Positions 63,781-64,000 of a stretch of 64,000 nt of DNA are shown in pieces. Location of the stretch: the NCBI GenBank assembly GCA_964247055.1, contig OZ176054.1, positions 1,922,001 to 1,986,000 of the forward strand, read 5' to 3'. The translations under genes and the position numbers were made by a program. This DNA is from Paragordius varius. Lineage: Eukaryota > Animalia > Nematomorpha. Below the pieces are notes generated by a model. The model was given only the letters and a program-made list of their open reading frames with translations, made no database searches and was not told the origin of the DNA. Each line of letters begins with the position of its first letter. Position 1 is the first letter of the stretch.

Positions 63781-64000
63781 AACCGCATTTTTACCTGTAT
63801 TTATTAAAATGTCCAAAATATGTAGTAATTGATTACAATTAACAATGCAAAACCTAAAAAACAAAAAAACTTAAAAACCGCAATTTTTACCTGTATTTAT
63901 AATAATGTCCAAAATATGTAGTAATTAATTACAATTAACAATGCAAAACCTAAAAAACAAAAAAACTAAATTTTTACTAATTTTGTTAAAAACCGCGATT
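63781..64000. repeat. Tandem repeat with a unit of about 95-115 bp, running off the window
   Basis: aaccgc(a)atttttacctgtatttat...atgtccaaaatatgtagtaatt...caatgcaaaacctaaaaaacaaaaaaact starts at 63781 and 63876; a third start is at 63991. Confidence 0.85.

Noticed and set aside
1-64000. Remaining short ORFs in the supplied track (e.g. 3427, 7518, 18122, 30996, 33518, 38942, 52731, 53083, 54504, 56244, 57758, 59391)
   Set aside because: They are antisense shadows of real exons or F/I/L/K/N-rich chance frames in AT-rich introns and MITEs.

Overview
This is a 64-kb window of very AT-rich, intron-containing animal (invertebrate-type) nuclear DNA, not prokaryotic. I found no rRNA, tRNA, CRISPR or operon signals, and the species cannot be identified from the sequence alone. 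Hand-splicing gives five conserved genes: a TSPAN3-like tetraspanin (minus strand, 5' exon not located), LIN9 (plus), MON1 (plus), ESRP/fusilli (plus) and an FBXO30/FBXO40-like F-box gene (minus). The four complete models all sum to whole codons (LIN9 944 aa, MON1 823 aa, ESRP 1211 aa, FBXO 1133 aa) and are much longer than their vertebrate orthologues because of low-complexity insertions. A sixth gene is almost absent from the ORF track: five phase-consistent minus-strand exons (5817 down to 750) encoding a 10-Cys three-finger domain like a TGF-beta type-I receptor or BAMBI ectodomain, followed by a heavily N-glycosylated region with no visible transmembrane helix or kinase. Partial genes probably enter at both window edges. 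Introns and intergenic DNA are full of non-autonomous DNA transposons (hAT MITEs, a TA-flanked MITE family with tandem subterminal repeats, a long foldback) and dead transposases (a Mos1-like mariner, a hAT with an inverted C-terminus, and a possible hATm). The most notable observations are the hidden receptor-ectodomain-like gene, an apparent 23-nt GT-AG intron in LIN9, a UGG cluster upstream of alternative acceptors in ESRP (candidate autoregulation), and strongly degenerate splice signals. All homology calls come from remembered family motifs; no database search was run.
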